A DNA stretch of 64,000 nucleotides from Candidatus Latescibacterota bacterium (GTDB lineage: Bacteria; Latescibacterota; UBA2968; GCA-2709665): NCBI GenBank assembly GCA_965248435.1, contig OZ252100.1, forward strand, positions 1,888,001-1,952,000, read 5' to 3'. Of the stretch, positions 1-8,700 are shown piece after piece. A program made the position numbers and the translations under genes. The notes below the pieces were generated by a model. The model was not told the origin of the DNA. It was given only the letters and a program-made list of their open reading frames with translations, and searched no databases. Numbering within the stretch: the first letter of the stretch is position 1; every line of letters starts with the position of its first letter.

Positions 1-1945
1 ACGTATTCCAGAGTGTCAGGAAACGGCGCTTGACTTCCGAGGCAGGACCAAAACCGAAGTTGAGGTTGAGAGATAGGTTCTGATCGGCGAAGAGCCACCG
101 CATCGGCTCCGCACCCATCTCCTCGACGGCCTCGTCGAACCAGATCGCGTTCCCGAGACTCTTGTGCATCGGTTTGCCGCTCTCATCGAGCATCTTTTCG
201 TAAGACATCACCGCCCGGTAGGGAGACCGTCCCTCGATCGTCACGCTCATAAAGAGCGTAGAATAGAACCAGAGCCGGATCTGTTCCCTCATCTCTGTTA
301 TAAAATCGGCCGGAAACCACTTCTCCCAATCTCTGCGATCCTCCCCAAGGTATCCCAGCGTCGAAAAAGGGACGATGCCTGCATCAAGCCAGCAGTCCCC
401 AACCTCCGGCACTCTGCGACCCGTTTTTCCAGACGAAGTCGCGATCTCCACACGGTCGATCCACGGTCTGTGAAGTTCCGGAAGTTCGTCTATGATCGAT
501 GGGTCTAAGGCCAGCTCCTTGAGTTCCTTGCGGGATCCGACGACGGTCAATTCTCCATCGTCGGTTTCGTAGAACGGCAGGGGCAATCCCCAGTACCGTT
601 TTCGGGAAATGCACCAGTCCCCCATGTTGTTCAGCCAGTCTTCCATACGCTTTCCGGAATGGTCAGGGATCCAGCGAACTGTTCGAGCGGCCTCAAGCAT
701 CTGAGGTCTGATCTTGTCGCAGGAGATGAACCACTCATCCACCAGGCGGAAAACCAGTTCCTCCTTGCATCGCCAGCATTTGGGGTAGCGGTGAGGGTAG
801 TCCTCTAGTTTATACACGTAGCCTTTCCGCTTGAGGCTCTCGAACACGAGCGGCGCTACGTCGGAGACGCTTTTGAACTCAAATTCACCAAACCCCTCGA
901 TGTAAACACCATCTTCGTCCAGTGGAGCGATGACCGACAGATCGTGCTTTCCTGCGAGTTCGTAATCCTCCGCCCCGCAACCTGGAGCGACGTGGACGAC
1001 CCCGGTACCTTCCTCTTCGTCCACTTGGTCCCATCCAATCACCTTGTGAATCACCCCTTGCTGCGCAGGAAGCTCATCGAAGGGGCCGAGGTATGAGAGC
1101 CCGATCAATTCCTTGCCCTTCACCGTGCCGAGAATCTCATACTCCCCCTCCAAACGATCGAGGACGCCCCGCGAAACGTAGAACACCTCATCGCCCTGCC
1201 TTACCCGGGTATAACACAGATCAGGATGCACCGCCAGCGCCGTATTCGAGGTCAGCGTCCAGGGTGTGGTCGTCCAGACCATAATCGACTCTCCCTTTCG
1301 CTCTTGGATCGGCAGCTTGAGCGTTACGGCCTTATGTGTGACCTCCTCGTAGTGATCTGCCAGCTCGTGTTGAGAGAGAGAGGTGCCACATCGTGCACAC
1401 CAGGGCATCACGCGATGACCCTTGTAGAGCCACCCCTTCTCGTGACACTTCTTCAGGAAGGTCCAGATGCTCTCGATGTTGTCGTCCGAATACGTGTAGT
1501 AAGATCTTTCCCAGTCCATCCATTGCCCCAGCCGCTTGCTCGTCTTGATAATGGCCTCTGCGGCTAAGTCCACCCGCTCTCTGCACTTGCGTGAGAAATG
1601 CTCCAGCCCATATTCCAGAATGTCTTGCTTGGCGTTCAGTCCCAAGTCCTTCTCTACCTCGACTTCCACCCAGAGTCCCTGGCAATCGAATCCGTTCTGG
1701 TAGCGTTGATCGTAGCCCCGCATTGCCTTGTAGCGTTGAAATATATCCTTGTATGTTCGCCCCCACGCGTGGTGCACGCCAATGCCACGCTGGTTGTTCG
1801 CGGTGATCGGCCCATCGATGAAAGAAAAGGGCTCCCTTCCGGCATTCTTCTTTCGGAGTTTGCCAAAAGCGTCCACTTCCTCCCAGAAGGTCAGAATCCT
1901 TCTTTCAAGCTCGGGAAAATCCAGACTTGGAACGTCCTTAAACAT
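1..1945 (-). CDS. ileS: Isoleucyl-tRNA synthetase, type 2 (3' end runs off the window)
   Basis: Absent from the ORF track because it is truncated. Translation from ATG at 1945: MFKDVPSLDFPELERRILTFWEE...DGPITANNQRGIGVHHAWGRTYKD...GFDCQGLWVE...VWTTTPWTL...GKPMHKSLGN, same frame throughout; class Ia aaRS motifs and CP1 editing TTTPWT. Confidence 0.96.
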   Translation of the reverse strand, partial: MFKDVPSLDFPELERRILTFWEEVDAFGKLRKKNAGREPFSFIDGPITANNQRGIGVHHAWGRTYKDIFQRYKAMRGYDQRYQNGFDCQGLWVEVEVEKDLGLNAKQDILEYGLEHFSRKCRERVDLAAEAIIKTSKRLGQWMDWERSYYTYSDDNIESIWTFLKKCHEKGWLYKGHRVMPWCARCGTSLSQHELADHYEEVTHKAVTLKLPIQERKGESIMVWTTTPWTLTSNTALAVHPDLCYTRVRQGDEVFYVSRGVLDRLEGEYEILGTVKGKELIGLSYLGPFDELPAQQGVIHKVIGWDQVDEEEGTGVVHVAPGCGAEDYELAGKHDLSVIAPLDEDGVYIEGFGEFEFKSVSDVAPLVFESLKRKGYVYKLEDYPHRYPKCWRCKEELVFRLVDEWFISCDKIRPQMLEAARTVRWIPDHSGKRMEDWLNNMGDWCISRKRYWGLPLPFYETDDGELTVVGSRKELKELALDPSIIDELPELHRPWIDRVEIATSSGKTGRRVPEVGDCWLDAGIVPFSTLGYLGEDRRDWEKWFPADFITEMREQIRLWFYSTLFMSVTIEGRSPYRAVMSYEKMLDESGKPMHKSLGNAIWFDEAVEEMGAEPMRWLFADQNLSLNLNFGFGPASEVKRRFLTLWNT

Positions 1946-1965
1946 CGCCCGCGATGCTCTCCGTG

Positions 1966-2382
1966 TTATGGGCTCGTTTGCCTTGGTCGCTTGGCCCAGG
2001 CATTTGCAAGATCGAAGATCCTGGTCCGCTTTTCAACAAGCAGCGACACCTGCTCGGGCCAAAAAAGAGGTGGCAGCCGATCCATCCGAAACCATTTGTG
2101 GCTTCCTGGCCTATTAGAAGCGTAGTGATCCTTATCCGCGGCAAACAGAAAATAAGTCGTCTTCTTCCACTCTGTTTTGTCGTAGTTGAACCGCTCCTTC
2201 ACGTCCAGCAACCCAAGGAAATCGAGGTCAGTGATTCCGGCCTCCTCTTCGATCTCTCTGCGAGCCGCCTGCTCGAGCGTCTCACCACGCTCCACGTGGC
2301 CCTTTGGCAAAACAAAGTCCTCGAAATCCGCCTCCTGGACCAGCCCCACCAACAAATCCTCACCTCTCCATCGAACAACCAC
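1966..2382 (-). CDS. NUDIX hydrolase (true start may be an upstream CTG at 2451)
   Basis: Nudix box GHVERGETLEQAARREIEEEAG; the frame stays open upstream (LTKVNESWYRRLEGVPEKETAGGVVV). Confidence 0.9.
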   Translation of the reverse strand: MVVRWRGEDLLVGLVQEADFEDFVLPKGHVERGETLEQAARREIEEEAGITDLDFLGLLDVKERFNYDKTEWKKTTYFLFAADKDHYASNRPGSHKWFRMDRLPPLFWPEQVSLLVEKRTRIFDLANAWAKRPRQTSP

Positions 2383-2471
2383 ACCGCCAGCAGTCTCCTT
2401 CTCGGGAACCCCTTCAAGCCGGCGGTACCAACTCTCGTTGACCTTGGTCAGTCCCCATCCCCCTGAACGCT

Positions 2472-3359
2472 TTAGTTTCGAAGATAATGACCATAAAGCA
2501 CGTTGAGTCTTTCCTTAACATCCTCACTGATCATCGCCGGATCCGTAATGATCGCGTTCCTGGCAGCGTGCAGGCACTCGCAATCGGACACCTCTGGCAG
2601 CAGTCCCGCCAGTTCCTTGATGATCGAGTTAGCCGCTTCTGCATTCGTTTTCAATACGGCGAGGACAGCTTCAATTTCAACATCGTCCTCCTCCTCGTGC
2701 CAGCAATCGTAGTCTGTTCCCATCGCGAGCATCGCATAGCACAGTTCAGCCTCCCGCGCGAGTTTCGCCTCCGGGATTCCCGTCATTCCGATGACCGCGG
2801 GATTTAGCGTCCGGCGGTAAAAGTGCGATTCAGCTCGGGTGGAGAACTGAGGTCCCTCCATACAAACGTAAGTCCCGCCTCGATGCACAGTCGTGCCACA
2901 CTTCTCCGCGGCATTGATCAAAACCTGTCGCAATTCCTCACAAAAGGGATCGGCAAACACCACGTGACCCACGATGCCGTCGCCGAAAAAAGTGGACGCC
3001 CGGATGCCCTTCGTACGGTCGAAGATCTGGTCGGGAACGACCATCTCTCCAGGCCGAATCTCCTCAGCCATGATGCCCGCGGCATTTACGGACAAAACGT
3101 GCGTGACGCCGGTCTCTTTAAGCGCGTGTATGTTCGCCCGGTAGTTTACTTCTGAGGGAAGAATCCGATGCCCGCGCCCGTGCCGGGGCAAAAAGGCGAC
3201 GGTTCGATCGCCGATTCTAGACTCTATGACCTTGTCAGAAGGTTTCCCGAATGGCGTTTCCATGCTGTGCTCAGCGACCACCTCAACGCCCTTCATCTCA
3301 TACACACCCGAGCCGCCGATGACACCCAGGCGAACCGGCAGGGGGCTTCTCTCTCCCAT
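2472..3359 (-). CDS. mtnP: S-methyl-5'-thioadenosine phosphorylase
   Basis: GVIGGSG, FLPRHG.GH, NYRANI, EGPQFSTRAES, EAKLAREAE and TDYDCW motifs. Confidence 0.93.
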   Translation of the reverse strand: MGERSPLPVRLGVIGGSGVYEMKGVEVVAEHSMETPFGKPSDKVIESRIGDRTVAFLPRHGRGHRILPSEVNYRANIHALKETGVTHVLSVNAAGIMAEEIRPGEMVVPDQIFDRTKGIRASTFFGDGIVGHVVFADPFCEELRQVLINAAEKCGTTVHRGGTYVCMEGPQFSTRAESHFYRRTLNPAVIGMTGIPEAKLAREAELCYAMLAMGTDYDCWHEEEDDVEIEAVLAVLKTNAEAANSIIKELAGLLPEVSDCECLHAARNAIITDPAMISEDVKERLNVLYGHYLRN

Positions 3360-3385
3360 TCGATCAAACCTCTAATCCGCTTCTC

Positions 3386-3679
3386 TTATTTTTCCGGTCC
3401 CGCTCCCCTCAGCTTCTCTGTAACGGCCTGCAGGGAGGACGCGCCCTCGACTTCCACGACCTTGTTTTTAGACCTTAAACCTGAAACAACCCTGATCTTC
3501 GACTTGCCGAGCCGCAGCCTTCGGGAAAATAGCTCGACCAGACTGCGATTGGCTGCACCCTCTACAGGCGCGCTCGTCACACGGACTCGAATCGGCTCCT
3601 CTTCATCGCAGAAAACGATTTCGTCTCGAGAGGCCCGAGGAATAACCTGAACACGGATCCGTACGCCTTCCGCGCTCAC
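3386..3679 (-). CDS. yggU: DUF167/YggU family protein
   Basis: V.VIPRAS...VRVTSAPVEGAAN..LVELF...SG..SKNK pattern; ylm/ygg cluster context. Confidence 0.9.
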   Translation of the reverse strand: MSAEGVRIRVQVIPRASRDEIVFCDEEEPIRVRVTSAPVEGAANRSLVELFSRRLRLGKSKIRVVSGLRSKNKVVEVEGASSLQAVTEKLRGAGPEK

Positions 3680-4245
3680 TCATTTACCCCAGGTTGCTTA
3701 CGCAAAGCTTCCTGCTCATCCTCATCCTCCATCTGACCGTTTCCACCCTCTGCTGCATCCGCCTCCTCATCCCCGGATTCTTTCGCACCGTCCCTCTCTC
3801 GGAATGACAGCTGGGAAATAAAATCCGAGTGGGCTTGCACAAGGGCCTTTAGTTTTGCCACAAAGAGATCTCGACGATTTTCCAGGTCCACCATCTCCGT
3901 GCGGATAAGATGCACCTGCGCTCTGGCCTTCTCGATCGCCCGGTTGCCCAGGATCTCAGCTTCCTTGACGATCAGTCGGCCCTCTTTCCTCGCGTTCTCT
4001 CTTACGTCTTCAGCTGTCTGCTGTGCGGTATGGAGGGTCTCCTGGAGCGTCCGCTCAATCGTTCGGAACCGATCCACCTCGGCCTGAAGTCCAGCCTCGC
4101 GTTCTCGGAGTTCAATGTTTTCGCGATTAAGTCGTTCGTACTCCTCTGCAATCATCTCCAGGAAGGCCTGCACCTCCTCCGGGTCACACCCACGAAACAC
4201 CTTACCGAATGTCTGCTTACGAATATCTAATGGAGTCAGCTTCAA
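3676..4245 (-). CDS. divIVA: DivIVA family cell division protein
   Basis: TTG start at 4245 after a GGAGGTGA SD; MKLTPLDIRKQTF.K.FRG.DPEEV.AFL signature followed by coiled coil. ORF track start (4278) is probably too far upstream. Confidence 0.92.
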   Translation of the reverse strand: MKLTPLDIRKQTFGKVFRGCDPEEVQAFLEMIAEEYERLNRENIELREREAGLQAEVDRFRTIERTLQETLHTAQQTAEDVRENARKEGRLIVKEAEILGNRAIEKARAQVHLIRTEMVDLENRRDLFVAKLKALVQAHSDFISQLSFRERDGAKESGDEEADAAEGGNGQMEDEDEQEALRKQPGVNE

Positions 4246-4316
4246 TGAAATCACCTCCCATGTATGAAGACTGGCCATCGGGAAGAGAATGGCGTCTCCG
4301 GATCAACGGGGAGCAT

Positions 4317-4910
4317 TCAGCGAATCAGGATGCCGTAGATAGCGCCCTGAACGAAGTGAAGAAGGAAGATCAGGATAATCGGAGACAGGTCGAACATACC
4401 CAGCGGCGGGATGATCTGTCGGAAAGGGGACATGATGGGCTCCGTCACCTTGTAGAAGAACCAGGCGATCTTGCCTTCGCGCGCGAATGGCAGCCACGAA
4501 ACTACGATTCGAGCCACAATCAGAGCCAGAATTACCGATACAGTGCCGTAGAGGATCCAGCCCAAGCTTTCCACAAAGGCTCCGGAGGACAGCCCGCCGA
4601 GCATGCCGAGAAGCGCCCGGAGCACATCTTCTACAACCCACTTGAGGAAGTAGGCTGAAAGGACAGCCACAAGGATCAGAAGCAGCGAAGCCATCCCCGT
4701 ACTGCCCGGGACAGGAAGAAGCTGTGCGAACGGCCAGAGAAGCGGATCCGTAACCTGCCGGATACGGTAAGCGGCCCATCCAAAGGGACTCCACTTAAGC
4801 AAGACCCATCGAAGCGCGATCAGGACGACGATGAAGACGATGAATGCCTTGATCAGCACATCCAGGGCGGCAAGCGTGATGAGGACGAACCCGCGGAATA
4901 GGTCTACCAC
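4317..4910 (-). CDS. yggT: YggT family membrane protein with two YggT repeats
   Basis: VTDPLL.PF and VTEPIM.PFRQIIPPLGMFDLSPII motifs; hydrophobic. Confidence 0.88.
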   Translation of the reverse strand: MVDLFRGFVLITLAALDVLIKAFIVFIVVLIALRWVLLKWSPFGWAAYRIRQVTDPLLWPFAQLLPVPGSTGMASLLLILVAVLSAYFLKWVVEDVLRALLGMLGGLSSGAFVESLGWILYGTVSVILALIVARIVVSWLPFAREGKIAWFFYKVTEPIMSPFRQIIPPLGMFDLSPIILIFLLHFVQGAIYGILIR

Positions 4911-4922
4911 AACGTCTTCGCC

Positions 4923-5615
4923 TCAGTTAGACCTTGGTCCAAAAATCGCGGTACCGATACGAATCATGGTGGACCCTTCCTCTATGGCGACCTCAAAATC
5001 GTTCGTCATGCCCATTGAAAGATGCCCCATGGAGACTCCGCGAAACCCCGCCTGCGCGATCCGATTCCGAGCTTTGCGCAGGCTGGCAAAAGACGGCCGA
5101 ACGTCCTCAGGATCGGAGGTGAACGCTCCCATCGTCATCAGGCCGCACACATCCAGCCCCTGAATCTCAGAAATCTGTTCTACCAGATCCATCACGCGAT
5201 CGGGCGTGACCCCGAACTTTGAAACTTCACCACTCGTATTGACCTGTACCAGGACGTTTGCCCGATGTCCAACTTGCGAAGCCTGTGTTCCAATCTCCTT
5301 CGCAAGCCTGACGCTATCCACAGAGTGGATCATGCCGAACAGCGAAACCGCTGTCTTGACTTTGTTTCGCTGCAAATGCCCGACCAGGTGCCAGGAGACA
5401 GGTGCCTGTATGAGGGCTGCCTTCTCGTTTGCTTCTTGAACTCGATTCTCACCCAGGATCCGGACTCCGAAGCTCAGGGCTTCTTGTATCTCTTGGGGCG
5501 TCCTCGTCTTCGAAACCGCCACCAGGGTGATCTCCTCCGAATCTCGCCCGGCGCGTGCCGAGGCCCGCTCGATCCGCTCCCTCACCCACTGCAAATTCTC
5601 AGAAATAGAGGACAT
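4923..5615 (-). CDS. yggS: YggS/PLPBP pyridoxal-phosphate homeostasis protein
   Basis: LVAVSKT, GENRVQE, WHLVGHLQRNK, LSMGMT.DFE.AIEEGST..RIGTAIFG. Start moved to 5615 because a promoter lies in the upstream ORF extension. Confidence 0.95.
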   Translation of the reverse strand: MSSISENLQWVRERIERASARAGRDSEEITLVAVSKTRTPQEIQEALSFGVRILGENRVQEANEKAALIQAPVSWHLVGHLQRNKVKTAVSLFGMIHSVDSVRLAKEIGTQASQVGHRANVLVQVNTSGEVSKFGVTPDRVMDLVEQISEIQGLDVCGLMTMGAFTSDPEDVRPSFASLRKARNRIAQAGFRGVSMGHLSMGMTNDFEVAIEEGSTMIRIGTAIFGPRSN

Positions 5616-5661
5616 CAGCACGAGGTCCCCGGCCTTTCCCGAAATCGGATCAAGATTTATA

Positions 5662-5690
5662 AATATATAAAAAAATAGATAGTTTGACAA
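5662..5690 (-). promoter_or_regulatory. Sigma70-type promoter of the yggS-ileS cluster
   Basis: Minus strand TTGTCA-N17-TATATT in an AT-rich intergenic stretch. Confidence 0.6.
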
Positions 5691-5724
5691 CATCAAACAG
5701 GTTGAAACGGACCCTTCACCACCC

Positions 5725-8700
5725 CTACCGGTAGACGATCAACCGCTCCTTGACGCGTACTGCATCCGAGCCCTCCTCCGCCATAACGGTGTAGAGGTAG
5801 ACTCCGTTCGCGAGCCTGTTTCCTTCCCCGTCCCTGCCGTTCCAGTGGACCTGATTGAAGCCGACCGCACCCCTAAGGTTATCCAGAACGCGGATCAGCC
5901 TTCCGGAAACCGTATAGATTCGGATCGTTACCTCGGAATCTCTGGACAGCAGATAAGTAAATTCCGTATCCTCGACCACCGGGTTGGGCACGTTCAGTAC
6001 GCGTTCGATTCGGAGTTCGGAGGAAACCCGAAAGAGGAGCGTTTTGCTCACTGGACCGTTCCCCAATCTGTCCGTTGCCGAGACCTCCAGCCTATATCGG
6101 TCATCTTCCAAACTTGGACTATAAACGAAACGAAGCGAAGACCTCTGCTCAACCAGGTCGCGCACCGCGACCGAAGAAAGTCCATCCGATACCTCTACGG
6201 TTTCTCCTCCCTTCAGGATGATCTCCACCGTTTCGGCGTCGATTCCGCTCGAATCTGTTATTGAAATCTGGAACCGGGGCTGCTGCGGGAGGAAATCTTC
6301 CGGTCGCACCTCTCCTCGTGCATCCAGGGCACTGATCTCAACCTCCGGGGCCTCCTGATCCCCGCTCGGAAGGACTTCGACTTCCTCCGTCGCACGAACG
6401 TCTTGTGCGTAGAAACTGGGCCTACCCAGTAGATCCTCGACCCGGGCGTGCACGATCTGTCGCCCGCCAAAGGTCGCCGTCTGCCAGATCACCGAAACAC
6501 GTTTCGACTCGCCGAGAGGGGTCTCCTCAGGCACCGCCACGCGGCCGATCAGTCGACCCTGGTCAGGAGGCCCACTGTAGAATGCCACGGCCCCCCCCAC
6601 GACCCGGTTCAAGGGACCTCTGTTCAGAACCTCTATGCTTAGCGTGATCGGACGGAGCTCCTCCACGGACTGAGGCACTATGTTGAGGTCGGAGAGATGT
6701 AGATTGGGAAGCGGTTGGAATCTTACGGACCACTCTGTCAACCCCGGCGAAGGTCCGATCCCCTCCGCAGACACCTCCAGCTGAAGACGAATGCGGCGGA
6801 AGGAAGGGTCCAGCCCTCCCAAGTCGATCGCGGAACCTGGCTGTATACCGGACCAACCCGGGATCGAAACGAACCGGCCGGCGGTGTCTTCACCCAGAAT
6901 GTCTACCTCGGCCAGGGCCCCGGTCGACGATGCCCCTTGGATGGAAAAGCTGAGGCTCCCCCACGACCCTGCCGGGCCGATCGGGTCTGACGTGAGCTTG
7001 CCGACATCAGGAGGCATCAGCCCCCCGTAGCGATAAATCGTCGGGCCGTTCAACTGTCCCAGCCAGACCTGGTTGTTTACCCAATCATACTGACCCCCGA
7101 GGATATCCGTCTCGGCCTGATCGCTATCGTACTCGGTCACAAACGCGCCATTCATCGCGTCCACGACCCTCACACGATGCGTCAATCCGGTTCCGAACTC
7201 GATCAGATAGAGAAATCGTCCATCGGCCAGGATTCCATCCGTGAAAAGGTAGGTAAATCCGGTGGATGTGGGCGCGACGACAAATTCCCTGACCAGGCGC
7301 CACGCTTCATCCGGATCGAACACCCGCACTTTCCATCCTGCCCGGGGAATCCCGTCCACGCCCCAAGAGACGTTAAACACAAGATTGCCATCCGACGTAA
7401 TGAGTGAATGTCCTCGAAATACAAGGCCGTTATCCTCTTTGAGCAATCCGTCGGGCACTTGCACTCTGTCCATCGCCCCCGTTTCCGGCGATATTCGGAC
7501 CAGTTCATCGCTTTCACCATCATCGGCGTATATAAACCCGTCACTGTGGTACGTCGCAGAAATACCCACAACAGGTTCCTCTGAAAGCCTGCCGTAGTTC
7601 TGGCCGGCGACCGTGCCCCCGAACCCCGTTCCGATTCGCTCGAATATGTCACTTCCCGGGTAGAGGGCTTGGGAGGCATTAAACCGTTTCAAGTAGAGGA
7701 ACCTCCCGTCCGTACAGAGTACGGCGGTGCTGCTAACACCGTCCCCAGGGAAAAAAACCTCCCGACTCTGCGCTTCTACGCGCATTGGCGGGGGCTGCAG
7801 GACACGGCCCACCGATCCATCTGAATAAAGCTCCACATCCTCCGGTAATCCCAAAACGAGCGCCTCAGGCCCTCGTTGTCGCCATACAAGCTCCCTCTGC
7901 AGGGGATCCCCCGCCATCACCGAGAAAGCCTGGGGGTCTGTCCACGCCCCCCGGTCTTGTCCGTCCGTCAACCGCGCCCGCCAGTAGTAGACGCCCTCAT
8001 GAAGTCCGACGGGCCGCCAGATCACCAGCGCACCTTCACCCTCTGACGCGACGAGCCCGGAACGGACCACGCCCGCATCATCGAACGTCGCTGTTGGGCT
8101 CACCTCGAACTCTCCAAGGACGTCACCTGATCCTGCTTCACCCTCCAGGCTTACAACAAGCTGGACGTTGGAGGCCGGAACTGTCTGATTCTCCAGAGGC
8201 GTGGAAGGCGTCCCCACGAGTCCGCCCAGGACCTCCAGATCGACTTCCAGACGGTTGTTCGTCTCGTCCAGCTCCTCGATTCGATCGCCCGGGTCCAGCT
8301 GCACCTCCAGCCGATGCGCGCCTGCCAGACCTCTGAGCCTCCAGATCGTTGTTACGCTGTCTTTCTGGCCGAACGGGGGGAGGGTTGCAGCGAACAAGGT
8401 GTCCGATTCCCCCCGTCCGAGATGTCGGTCCAGTATAAGCAGGTCCAGCCCCTCCTGCGAAGGGATGCCCCAATTTTCGATCCGCAGAGTAACGCGTGTT
8501 GAATCCCCGTCGATCAGCTCCTCTTCCCGCTCCACATTCACGGCCAGATCTGGAAACGTGTAGTCCGCCTTTGAGAGGAGGGCCAGACCCTGAGCAGGGT
8601 CCCCCATCAACTGCATTCCCTGTGCGGAGCTGACGAGCCCAGGAAAAGCAGTGAGCATATCGATCTTTGCGAGGGCCAGGCTCTGTCCGAACTGCGGGAT

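Noticed and set aside
2415-2440. TGGTACCGC on the minus strand as a T-box for ileS
   Set aside because: It lies in the probable NUDIX coding extension (Trp-Tyr-Arg codons), about 480 bp from ileS, with no terminator or Stem I.
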